Assembly (NCBI GenBank): GCA_963843145.1
Contig: CAWJJC010000020.1
Location: 640,001-704,000, forward strand
Reading direction: 5' to 3'
Origin: an uncultured delta proteobacterium
GTDB lineage: Bacteria > Desulfobacterota > RBG-13-43-22
DNA length: 64,000 nucleotides
Shown: in pieces, positions 30,714 to 41,112 of the stretch
Position numbering within the stretch: the stretch's first letter is position 1
Layout of the letters: each line of letters starts with the position of its first letter
The notes under the pieces: generated by a model
What the model saw: the letters and a program-made list of their open reading frames with translations, nothing else
Told to the model about the DNA's origin: nothing
The model's database searches: none
Made by a program: the position numbers and the translations under genes

Positions 30714-30838
30714 TCAGAACCCCAATAACGTGATCATTCCTGGCGGTTTGATTATGTTATGGGAACAGGATCATGAATATATTAATATGATCAAAACAGG
30801 TTAAATGATCATGTTTATTTTTGATTAGGTACAATACA

Positions 30839-30880
30839 TGATGACCTCGCAAAAAGTCTCCAGGGCAGTCATTGCGAGGA
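30839..30880. mobile_element. Truncated MITE end, 42-bp direct repeat of 29190-29231
   Basis: TGATGACCTCGCA(A/G)AAAGTCTCCAGGGCAGTCATTGCGAGGA, 41 of 42 identical. Confidence 0.75.
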
Positions 30881-31116
30881 CCGATCCGTGAAACAAAAGT
30901 CTCCTAATAAGAAGAGAAACGGACGGAGTAAGGGGCGGAGATTGTGTCATCAAGGGTGACACAATAGGAGTTGGAAAAGAGGTAATGCCTTTAAAAGAGG
31001 GTAATAATAAGGGTGATAAGTCAGGATAAATTTTTCGAACAAGAACCACTATTAACGATTTGATCCTGTTGAGTTCTCAATCATTTTACAGATAGCGGAT
31101 CAGGGAGATAGTAGAT

Positions 31117-32697
31117 ATGGGTAAGGCCACCGGCGCCAGAACCAACAACGGGGCTAATGTGGGCTATGAGGCGGAGCTTTGGCAGATGGCCGATGCTTTG
31201 CGGGGCAGCATGGACGCCGCCGAGTACAAGCATGTTGTCCTGGGACTGATCTTCCTCAAGTATATCTCGGATGCCTTTGAAGAACAGCACGCCAAGCTGG
31301 AGGCGGAGAAGACGCAAGGGGCCGACCCGGAGGACCCGGATGAGTACCGGGCGGTGAGCATCTTTTGGGTACCGCCCGAAGCGCGCTGGACACATCTAAA
31401 GGCCCAGGCGAAGCAAGCGACCATAGGCCAGCTCGTTGATGATGCCATGGCGGGTATCGAACGGGACAATCCCCAGCTTAAGAGCGTGCTGCCCAAGGGA
31501 TACGCCCGTCCCGCCCTCGATAAGCAGCGCCTCGGCCAGCTCATTGACCTGGTGAGCAACATTAGAATCGGCGACAAAGAGAGCCGCTCCAAGGATGTCC
31601 TCGGCCGGATCTATGAATATTTCCTTTCCTAGTTTGCCAGCGCCGAAGGCAAAAAAGGCGGCGAGTTTTACACGCCGCGTTGCGTGGTCAAGCTGTTGGT
31701 GGAGATGCTCGAACCCTATAAGGGCCGGGTGTACGACCCCTGTTGCGGCTCCTCGGGCATGTTTGTCCAGTCGATTGAGTTCATTCGCGCCCACCGAAGC
31801 GGTAATGGTAATGGCGGCAAAGCCAAAGGCGACATCAGCATTTACGGCCAGGAATCGAACTATACCACCTGGCGACTGGCCAAGATGAATCTGGCCATCC
31901 GCGGAATCGAGGGCCAGATCGCCCACGGAGACACCTTCCACAATGACCGCCATCCCGACCTCAGGGCCGACTATATCCTGGCCAATCCTCCCTTTAACGT
32001 GAGCGACTGGCGCGGCGAGTTACTGCGCCACGACAAGCGTTGGCAGTACGGGGCGCCCCCTGCCGGGAATGCCAACTTCGCCTGGGTGCAACACATGATC
32101 TACCACCTCGCATCCACCGGTGTGGCGGGCTTTGTACTGGCCAATGGGTCCATGTCATCCAATCAATCCGGCGAAGGGGAGATCCGTAAAAACATCATAG
32201 AAGCTAACCTGGTAGACTGCATGATCGCCTTGCCGGGACAACTCTTTTACTCCACGCAAATTCCCGCCTGCCTCTGGTTCCTGGCCCGCGACAGGAAGAA
32301 CGGAAAATTCCGTGACCGTCGGGGCCAGGTACTTTTTGTCGATTCCCGGAAGCTCGGCCGGATGGTGGACCGGACCCACCGCGAGCTGACCGGCCAGGAC
32401 ATCGCCCGCATCGCCGGGACCTATCACGCCTGGCGCGGCGAGAAGGATGCTGGTGATTACCAGGATGTGCCGGGGTTCTGCAAGAGCGCCACACTTGATG
32501 AGATCAGAAAGCACGGCCATGTGCTTACGCCCGGCAGATATGTAGGAGCGGCGGCAGTTGAGGACGATGGGGAGCCTTTTCAGGAGAAGATGACGAGGCT
32601 TACAACGACCCTCAGAGACCAGTTTGCTGAATCAGCACGGCTGGATTCTGAAATAAAAAAGAACCTTGCGATGCTCGGTTTCCCGATGGAGCGTTAA
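31117..32697 (+). pseudogene. hsdM: Type I R-M methyltransferase subunit with in-frame TAG at 31630-31632
   Basis: [42 protein letters not shown]; same frame on both sides of the stop. Confidence 0.9.
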
Positions 32698-32701
32698 AAG
32701 A

Positions 32702-33805
32702 ATGAAAAAGAATGCCTTATCTGGCAGGTTCCCCCCTGATCTCGATTGGGTAGATCTGATCTCTATTATCGGCAAGGCTAACGCCGTGTTAGCCCGATAT
32801 GATGGCCTCCTTCAAGGTATCATCAATCCCGAGATTCTGCTGGCGCCATTAACCCTTCAAGAAGCTGTTCTCTCATCTCGCATCGAAGGGACTCAAGCTT
32901 CATTGTCCGAAGTCCTCAAACACGAAGCGGGAGAACGTTTCGAGGAGAGGAAGGAGCAGGATATCCAGGAAATTGTCAATTACCGCAAAGCCCTTGTTTT
33001 TGCAGAGAATCGACTCAAGAAGCGCCCTTTAAGTTTGAATCTTATAAAAGAGATACACACCATTTTACTTGACAGCGTTCGAGGACAGAACAGGGGAAGA
33101 GGAGAATTCAGACGGATTCAAAACTGGATAGGGCCGAAGGGATATCCCATTGAGAAGGCCACTTATGTGCCTCCCAACCCCTCCCAACTGATGACCTATC
33201 TTGATGCCTGGGAGAAGTATATCCACAGCGAAGAAAAGGACCCTCTCGTCCAACTGGCAGTTATCCATGCCCAATTTGAGAGTATCCATCCATTTCTTGA
33301 CGGTAATGGCCGGATTGGACGCATTCTTATACCTCTTTTTCTTGCGGAAAAGGGGATGCTTTCGAGACCCATGTTTTATTTGAGTGCCTATCTGGAGGCA
33401 CATCGCGATCAATATTACGCGGGGCTGCTTGGCATCACTTCCCGGAATGACTGGCAAACCTGGGTAAAATTTTTCCTGCAGGCCATTATAGAACAAGCGG
33501 GGGAGTGTGTTGATAAAGCAACAAAAATTCGAAAGCTTTATGATTCCATGAAGCAAAAGATCGTTGAGGCTACCCGATCCCAATTTGCCCTGGCGACGAT
33601 TGACGCCCTCTTTTACCGGCCCATATTTAAACCGAGGGATTTCCTTGAACAGTCCAAGATTCCAAAACGCACTGCGACAACGATTTTAAGCCAGCTTGAA
33701 GATAAAGGGATTATTAAGGAGATACGCCAGGCGGTCGGCCGTCGCTCTGCGGCCTATGGTTTCACCGATCTGATAGATATTGTGGAAGAAAATCGGTTTG
33801 TGTGA
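32702..33805 (+). CDS. Fic family protein with C-terminal wHTH
   Basis: EAVLSSRIEGTQ, HPFLDGNGRIGR. Confidence 0.92.
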   Translation: MKKNALSGRFPPDLDWVDLISIIGKANAVLARYDGLLQGIINPEILLAPLTLQEAVLSSRIEGTQASLSEVLKHEAGERFEERKEQDIQEIVNYRKALVFAENRLKKRPLSLNLIKEIHTILLDSVRGQNRGRGEFRRIQNWIGPKGYPIEKATYVPPNPSQLMTYLDAWEKYIHSEEKDPLVQLAVIHAQFESIHPFLDGNGRIGRILIPLFLAEKGMLSRPMFYLSAYLEAHRDQYYAGLLGITSRNDWQTWVKFFLQAIIEQAGECVDKATKIRKLYDSMKQKIVEATRSQFALATIDALFYRPIFKPRDFLEQSKIPKRTATTILSQLEDKGIIKEIRQAVGRRSAAYGFTDLIDIVEENRFV

Positions 33806-34051
33806 AGTAGACAGCCCGCAACATAATATGTGAGAAGTAATAATCCGTTTACTTCCCACAAAAGGATTTGCGAGAAATATGCTTCCCACAAAAGGAAAAA
33901 AAGGTTGTGCAAGTTGAGATAAACGTGTCCAGAAAATACATTTTCTTAGACACGTTTTGTGAAAGTATCCATGGCGTCGGCATAAACTTGCCAAAAGAAA
34001 TAGCTGCGAAGGTTGGACGTATAGTCTGGGGAAATTCGAAGGAGTTGGGTT

Positions 34052-35371
34052 ATGGGGGGTAGGTGTGCTCCGGTGCGTCTCGGTGATGTTTGCACAAAGA
34101 TCGGGAGTGGCGCGACGCCACGAGGTGGCAGTGATGTCTACTTAGAAACGGGTCCTTATACCTTGATTAGAAGCCAGAATATTTACAACGATAGCTTCCA
34201 CCATAACGGCCTAGTTTATATCGACGAGAAGCAGGCTATTGCCCTTGAGAATGTAGTGGTCCTCGAAGGCGACGTTCTTCTAAACATCACTGGTGATTCC
34301 GTTGCTCGGGTGTGTCAGGTTGATCCAGAGATACTTCCCGCCCGCGTAAACCAGCATGTTGCGATCATTCGACCCGACCCCGAAAAGTTGGACCCGCAAT
34401 TCCTTCGGTACTTTCTCGTTTCTCCTGAATTACAAACCAAGCTACTATCATGGGCAGGCTCTGGGGGAACTAGGAATGCTCTGACCAAGGGGATGATCGA
34501 GTCGTTAGAAGTGCTGGCACCGACAGAAGTCTCTGAACAACAGGCCATCGCCCATATACTCGGCACAATGGACGACAAGATCAAACTGAACCGGCGGATC
34601 AACGAGACGCTAGAGGCTTTGGCACGAACCCTTTTCAAATCCTGGTTCATTGATTTTGACCCCGTCCGCGCCAAAGCCGAAGACCGCGACTCTGGTTTGC
34701 CTAAAGGGATAGCCGACCTCTTTCCTAACAGCCTCGTAGACTCTGAACTAGGCGAAATACCAAAGGGATGGACGGTTGCCCAGCTACCTGAAATCATTGA
34801 TGTCAACCCTTCACGCTCGCTCAGCAAAGGAGAGATCGCTCCTTATCTTGACATGGCCAATATGCCGATTCGGGGACATGCACCTGACGTCGTGATTGAC
34901 CGGCCCTTTGGCTCGGGCATGCGGTTCATAAACGGAGACACCCTCGTCGCTCGGATTACCCCATGTCTTGAGAATGGCAAGACCGCCTATGTTGATTTCT
35001 TGAAGGAGGGCCAAGTCGCCTGGGGTTCGACAGAATATATCGTTATGCGTCCGAAGCCGTCAATTCCAGAGGAGTTCGCTTATTGCCTCGCACGGAGTGA
35101 AGGATTTCGAGAGTTCGCAATCCAAAGCATGACTGGCTCCAGCGGCAGACAACGCGTCCCCGCCGAAACGATGTCCCATTTCCTACTCACCCTGCCATCA
35201 GACCAAGTAGCAAAAAGTTTTGGCTTTTTTGTCCGGTCGCTGTTCTCGCGGGCTAGAGCAGCCAAAGATGAAGCCATCACGCTAGCTACCCTGCGCGATA
35301 TACTGCTGCCCAAACTTATTTCTGGTGAAATACGGGTGAACTCAATAGAAAAAGACAGTAAATCCTTATGA
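34052..35371 (+). CDS. hsdS: Type I R-M specificity subunit
   Basis: Two TRDs, EQQAIA.ILG..DDKI.LN spacer, RDILLPKLISGEIRV C-terminus. Confidence 0.92.
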   Translation: MGGRCAPVRLGDVCTKIGSGATPRGGSDVYLETGPYTLIRSQNIYNDSFHHNGLVYIDEKQAIALENVVVLEGDVLLNITGDSVARVCQVDPEILPARVNQHVAIIRPDPEKLDPQFLRYFLVSPELQTKLLSWAGSGGTRNALTKGMIESLEVLAPTEVSEQQAIAHILGTMDDKIKLNRRINETLEALARTLFKSWFIDFDPVRAKAEDRDSGLPKGIADLFPNSLVDSELGEIPKGWTVAQLPEIIDVNPSRSLSKGEIAPYLDMANMPIRGHAPDVVIDRPFGSGMRFINGDTLVARITPCLENGKTAYVDFLKEGQVAWGSTEYIVMRPKPSIPEEFAYCLARSEGFREFAIQSMTGSSGRQRVPAETMSHFLLTLPSDQVAKSFGFFVRSLFSRARAAKDEAITLATLRDILLPKLISGEIRVNSIEKDSKSL

Positions 35372-36435
35372 AAAATTCCCAAAGTCAGTTTATTCTTCCG
35401 AAAAGCATTGAGCACTATTTAGCTGCACTATCAAAATTGTACGCCCTAGAGGGCGAACGACAAAAACAAGAGATTCTTGTCAACGCTCAGGTTAGAGTGG
35501 TTGAAGAGTGGAGCTGTGATAACTGGTATGGTGGCACGTATGGCCATGCATTATACCTTGCCTTGCCAGAGGGCCTATATCTAGCCACCATAAGGCAGAA
35601 GGAGGATCTCCAAAAACAGATAAAGGACGACATCAACAAGATCCACAACCTCCAGAACGAATTTATCGAAGAAGTTTTTCTTGAAATGTCCTTGCCGGGA
35701 GATCAAGACTGGCGACGTGAATCCGGGCTAATCCAGTTGGGAAAGGTTGTCATTTCTCCGGATACGACAAAGCGGATTTGGGGGGATAACGCCTATCGAG
35801 TATTCTTGAGCCACAAGTCTGAGGTAAAGAAGGAGGCCGGAGAACTTAAAGTGCGATTGAAGATGTTTGGTGTTTCTTGTTTTGTTGCCCACGAAGACAT
35901 AAACCCAACAAAGGAATGGCAAGACGAAATTGAGAATGCACTCAGATCAATGGATGCTTTCATCGCCCTATTGACGGAAGAGTACCATGATAGCCTGTGG
36001 ACAGATCAAGAGGTGGGTTTTGCACTTTGCAAGGGTGTGCCTATAATTGCAGTTCGTCTCGGAAGAGATCCATATGGATTTATCGGGAAGTTCCAGGCCC
36101 TTTCTTGTGACTGGAAAACTGCCCCTCGCGAAATTGTCAAACTTCTCATAAAATATGAACGGATGTTGAATACCTACGTCATAGCGGTTAAGGAGTGTGG
36201 CAGTTTTGATCAAGCAAACCTTCTGGCAGAAATGCTTCCCAATTTAACTGATCTTTCCGAGAAACAGATTCAAAATCTGATTGTAGCATTTAATGAGAAC
36301 AATCAAGTACGAGACTCTTATGGTTTTAATGGCAAAAAGCCTTTTGTATACGGCGAGGGCCTAGTTCCACATCTCAATAGGTTGAGCAGAAGCAGGTATG
36401 AGTTGTCGTCTAGTGGCAAAATTGAGGTCAAATAA
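35368..36435 (+). CDS. TIR domain protein
   Basis: RVFLSH...FVAHEDI.PT.EWQ.EI..AL...SLWTDQEVG.A (putative catalytic Glu); ATGA overlap with hsdS. Confidence 0.85.
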   Translation: MKNSQSQFILPKSIEHYLAALSKLYALEGERQKQEILVNAQVRVVEEWSCDNWYGGTYGHALYLALPEGLYLATIRQKEDLQKQIKDDINKIHNLQNEFIEEVFLEMSLPGDQDWRRESGLIQLGKVVISPDTTKRIWGDNAYRVFLSHKSEVKKEAGELKVRLKMFGVSCFVAHEDINPTKEWQDEIENALRSMDAFIALLTEEYHDSLWTDQEVGFALCKGVPIIAVRLGRDPYGFIGKFQALSCDWKTAPREIVKLLIKYERMLNTYVIAVKECGSFDQANLLAEMLPNLTDLSEKQIQNLIVAFNENNQVRDSYGFNGKKPFVYGEGLVPHLNRLSRSRYELSSSGKIEVK

Positions 36436-36613
36436 TGAGCCCTCTGTCCATCTCCATATTTTTCGCGAGGGGTTTGGGGACAAATGGGCCGTTCCCGCTC
36501 CCCAAGACAAATTCCCAAATGCTGATACAAGTCCTTGGGATACGCTGAATGATTTCATGTTATTCTGTAATATAACCAAACAACCGTTGATACAGAAGGG
36601 GTTATGGACATGA
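36431..36613 (+). pseudogene. 3' remnant of the small gene usually found upstream of DUF1828/1829 genes (DUF6978-like)
   Basis: HLHIFREGFGDKWA...TLNDFM.FCNI...P.IQKGL; no in-frame start after the TIR stop; overlaps the next gene start. Confidence 0.55.
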
Positions 36614-37374
36614 TCGGCGAGGTACAGGAACTGTTGGATCAATACTGGTTATGGCTTAAGGATAAAACCACGCTTCGTAAGGTTAACGATTGGGTTGAAA
36701 TTACCACTCCTTATCTTGACCGGCACAATGACTATATACAGATATATGCAAAGCGGCAGAATGGGGGCATCATTCTTACCGATGACGGATATACGGTTGG
36801 CGACCTGAGGCACTCAGGCTGCGAATTGGAGAGCAAAAAAAGAAAGGATCTCCTCTCAATTACCCTTAACGGTTTTGGTGTGAAACTAGATGGTGATTCG
36901 CTTACGGTCAATGCCTCGAATGATAATTTTTCACTAAAGAAACACAACCTTGTTCAAGCCATGTTGGCTATCAACGATCTCTTCTATCTTTCAACCCCCA
37001 TGGTAGCGAGTCTCTTTCTTGAAGATGTGGCCCTTTGGCTCGATGCCAACGATATCCGTTATACCCCTAAAGTAAAATTCACCGGGAAGAGCGGATACGA
37101 TCATCTTTTTGATTTTGTCATCCCAGCGTCGAGGAGGCAACCTGAGAGGATACTTAAAGCTATCAATAGGCCCAGCAGGGATATGGCGGAAGCTGTAGCC
37201 TTTTCGTGGATAGATACAAAGGAGGTAAGGCCAACGAACTCACGGGCCTACGCTTTCCTGAATGACGTGGAGCATACTGCATCACCATCTGTGTTGGACG
37301 CGATGAGAAATTATGATGTTCATCCGGTTTTATGGAGTGCTCGGCAGGATGTTGTGGAAGATCTTGCGGCCTAA
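36604..37374 (+). CDS. DUF1828/DUF1829-like protein with a possible nuclease-fold C-terminus
   Basis: [40 protein letters not shown]. Confidence 0.75.
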   Translation: MDMIGEVQELLDQYWLWLKDKTTLRKVNDWVEITTPYLDRHNDYIQIYAKRQNGGIILTDDGYTVGDLRHSGCELESKKRKDLLSITLNGFGVKLDGDSLTVNASNDNFSLKKHNLVQAMLAINDLFYLSTPMVASLFLEDVALWLDANDIRYTPKVKFTGKSGYDHLFDFVIPASRRQPERILKAINRPSRDMAEAVAFSWIDTKEVRPTNSRAYAFLNDVEHTASPSVLDAMRNYDVHPVLWSARQDVVEDLAA

Positions 37375-37496
37375 GCGGGAACTCATGAATGGGCGATCTG
37401 ATCCTGTTGAGTGGGAAGGTGGAGGGACTGGATCAGAAGTTTTTTGAGGAAGGCGGGTTTACGGAGCACTCTTACCGGAAGCGCTGGGAACAGAAA

Positions 37497-40400
37497 ATGA
37501 ATGCATTTACCGAATCCGTTGTCGAAGATGCTGCCCTTGCCTGGCTGGAGAGTCTCGGCTATGTGATTAAACATGGCTTGGAGATCGCCCCCGGCGAACT
37601 TTTCGCCGAGCGTACCGACTACGGCCAAATAGTGATAGGGCAAAGACTACGAGACGCTCTCGCTCGAATTAACCCGCAGCTTCCTGCAGAGGCGGTCAGC
37701 GAAGCCTTCCGCAGGCTGACCCGGCCGGAAGGGCCGGCACTGGAGGCTCGAAACCGGGCCGTCCATCGGATGCTGGTGGATGGGGTAACGGTAGAATATC
37801 GGGATCGTGACGGCTCCATCCGAGGGGCACAGGCGGGGGTGATCGATTTTGACGATCCGGATAACAACGACTGGTTGGTAGTCAATCAGTTTACCGTCAG
37901 CGAGAATAAACATACCCGCCGCCCAGACTTGGTGGTCTTTATCAATGGGCTGCCTCTTGCAATGGTGGAGCTGAAAAACGCCGCTGACGAGAACGCCACC
38001 ATCTGGTCAGCCTTTGACCAGTTTCAAACCTACAAGGCTGAGCTGCCCACCCTTTTCGCCTTCAACGCGCTGCTGGTCGTCTCCGATGGTATCGAGGGTC
38101 GCATCGGCACCTTTACGGCGGGGCGGGAGTGGTTCAAACCCTGGCGGACAATCTCGGGTGAGGCCCTAGCCGATCCTCATCTGCCGGAGTTGCAGATAAT
38201 CATCGAGGGCTTGTTCGAGAAACGCCGTTTTCTCGATTTGATCAGAAATTTCATTGTGTTTGAGGACACGGGCGACGGGTTGTTGGTTAAGAAGATGGCG
38301 GGATACCACCAGTTTCACGCGGTGAATGTGGCTGTAGGGGAGACGCTCCGGGCCGCACGGCTTCAGGCAGTTGGAGGTTGGGGTGAGGAGCATGGCCGGT
38401 ACGAGGCCGGGTTAAAACACGGCGGCACTCGAGGCGATCGGCGGATCGGGGTGGTCTGGCACACCCAGGGGTCCGGCAAGAGTCTGACCATGGCCTTTTA
38501 TGCGGGGCGGGTGATCGGGAACCGGCGATGGAGAACCCGACGCTCGTCGTGCTTACCGACCGCAACGATCTCGACGACCAGCTTTTCGGCACTTTCTCAC
38601 GCTGCCAGGAACTCCTGCGCCAGCCGCCCGGTCCAGGCGGAGAACCGCGCGGACCTTCGAGAGCAAGCTGTCATGTCGACTCCGGCGGGGTGGTCTTCAC
38701 CACGATCCAGAAGTTCTTGCCCGAGGAAAAGGGCGACATGCATCCGGTGCTTTCCGACCGGCGCAACATCGTGGTCATCGCCGACGAGGCCCACCGCAGC
38801 CAATACGACTTCATCGACGGCTTTGCCCGGCACATGCGCGACGCCCTGCCCAACGCCTCGTTCATCGGCTTCACCGGCACGCCGATCGAGCTGACCGACA
38901 AGAACACCCGGGCCGTCTTCGGCGATTACATCAGCATTTACGACATCCAGCGGGCCGTCGAAGACAAGGCCACGGTGCCGATCTACTACGAGAGCCGGCT
39001 GGCCAAGCTGGAGCTGGACGAGTCCGAGAAGCCGACGCATCGACCCGAATTTGAGGAAGTGACCGAAGGCGAGGAGGTCGAGCGCAAGGAGAAGCTCAAG
39101 AGCAAATGGGCGCAGCTTGAAGCCATGGTCGGCGCCGAGAAACGCCTCGAGCTGGTCGCCCAGGACATCGTGGAGCACTTCGAGGAGCGGCTGTCGAGCG
39201 ATGGACGGCAAGGCGATGGTGGTCTGCATGAGCCGGCGCATCTGCGTGGACCTCTACAAGGAGATCGTCGAACTGCGCCCCGACTGGCACGACGAGGACG
39301 ACGACAAAGGCAAGCATGAAGGTCGTCATGACCGGCAACGCCTCGACGGCCCTCGAGTGGCAGCAGCACATCCGCAACAAGCCCCGGCGCGAGGCACTGG
39401 CCAAGCGGTTCAAGAATCCCGACGGACCCGTTCAAGATGGTGATCGTCCGCGACATGTGGCTGACCGGCTTCGACGCCCCGTGCCTGCACACGATGTACG
39501 TGGACAAGCCCATGCGGGGCCACGGGCTGATGCAGGCCATCGCCCGGGTGAACCGCGTCTTCCAGGACAAGCCCGGCGGGCTGGTGGTGGACTACCTCGG
39601 GCTCGCCGCACGAGCTGAAGGCCGCGCTGGCGACCTACACCGAAAGCGGCGGCACGGGGAAGACAGCGATCGACCAGGAAGAAGCGGTCGCAGTGATGCT
39701 GGAGAAACACGAAATCTGCTGCGGCCTGTTCCACGGCTTCGACTGGTCGCAAGTGGGTGACCGGCACGCCCGCCGAGCGACTGGCGCTGCTGCCGGCGGC
39801 CCAGGAGCACATCCTGGCCGCAGGAAGACGGCAAGGACCGGCTGCTTCGCGCCGTGCCGAACTGTCGGAGGCCTTTGCCCTGGCCGTTCCGCACGAGAAA
39901 GCGCTGCGAGATCCGCGACGACGTGGCCTTCTTCCAGGCGGTGAGGGCCGTGCCTGGCAAAGCGCGCGCCGGGCGAGGCGAAAGACCGAAGAGGAACTCG
40001 ATCACGCCGTCCGGCAGATCGTGTCGCGGGCGGTGGCCTCCGAGGGCGTCATCGACATCTTCGCCGCCGCCGGGCTTGAAGAAGCCCGACATCTCGATCC
40101 TCTCCGAGGAGTTCCTGGCCGAGGTCCGGGGCATGCCGCAGCGCAATCTGGCCGTGGAGCTGCTCCGCAAGCTGCTGTACGGACGAGATCGAGACCCGCA
40201 CGAAGCAAGAACTCGTTCAAGCGCAGTCTTTCGCCGAGATGCTGGAGCAGACGATCCGCCGCTACCAGAACCGGGCCATCGAGGCGGCCCAGGTCATCGA
40301 GGAGCTGATCGAGCTGGCCAGGGAGATGCGCGAGGCGAACGCCCGCGGCGAAGCCCTGGGCCTGACCGAAGACGAGTCGCCTTCTACGACGCCCTGGAAA

Positions 40401-40646
40401 CCAACGACAGCGCCGTGAAGGTGCTGGGGGACGAAACCCTCGACCATCGCCCGGGAACTGGTCGAGACGGTCCGCGCCAACGTCACCATCGACTGGACGG
40501 TCCGGGAGAACGTGCGCGCCCAGCTGCGCGTCATGGTCAAGCGTATCCTCCGCAAGTACGGCTATCCCCCCGACAAGCAGGAGAAGGCCACCCAGACGGT
40601 GCTGGAGCAGGCAGAGGTGCTTTCGGCGGAATGGGCGCAGGCATGA
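37497..40646 (+). pseudogene. hsdR: Type I R-M restriction subunit, many frameshifts after ~38515
   Basis: [71 protein letters not shown] spread over all three frames. Confidence 0.9.
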
Positions 40647-40817
40647 AGAGGAGAATGGAAGTCTTAAAAAAACTAACCCAAGCCAAGCTGGCGGAAAAGA
40701 AACTGCAAAGGGGGCGATCTATTTCGTCATTGCCGCCTCGTTATGATAAAGTCTTTTTTGAAGGGATGGGATGGCTGGACAGTCTGGCGGGGAAGCCGTT
40801 TGATCGGAGGGTTCGAT

Positions 40818-41112
40818 ATGAAAACCAGGGAAGAAATTCTTAGCATTCTCCAAGAGCGCAAGCCTGATTTGGTAAAAAAATTCGGCCTGCAAACGGTTGG
40901 CTCTGTTTGGTTCTTTTGCCCGGGGGGATAATAAAGAAGGCAGCGATGTGGATATTCTGGTCGAAGTTCCTCCGACCATTGGTCTCGGATTTGTGGATTT
41001 GGCTGAAGAAATCGAAACGTTTCTGGGAATGCCGGCGGACGTCGTCTCTCGGCGGGCTATCAAGCCCAGACATTGGAACGTAATACAGGAGGATCTGATC
41101 GATGTCGCGTAG
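40818..41112 (+). pseudogene. Minimal nucleotidyltransferase (MNT) antitoxin, frameshifted near 40895
   Basis: MKTREEIL...KFGLQT joined to ALFGSFARGD...SDVDILVE. Confidence 0.75.

Noticed and set aside
30711-30827. CRISPR array
   Set aside because: Repeated unit is only 6 bp with 10-14 nt gaps, and there are no cas genes
31630-31632. Pyrrolysine or recoded TAG in hsdM
   Set aside because: Position is normally Gln, TAG terminates other genes here (for example groEL and metG), and no pyl genes are in the window
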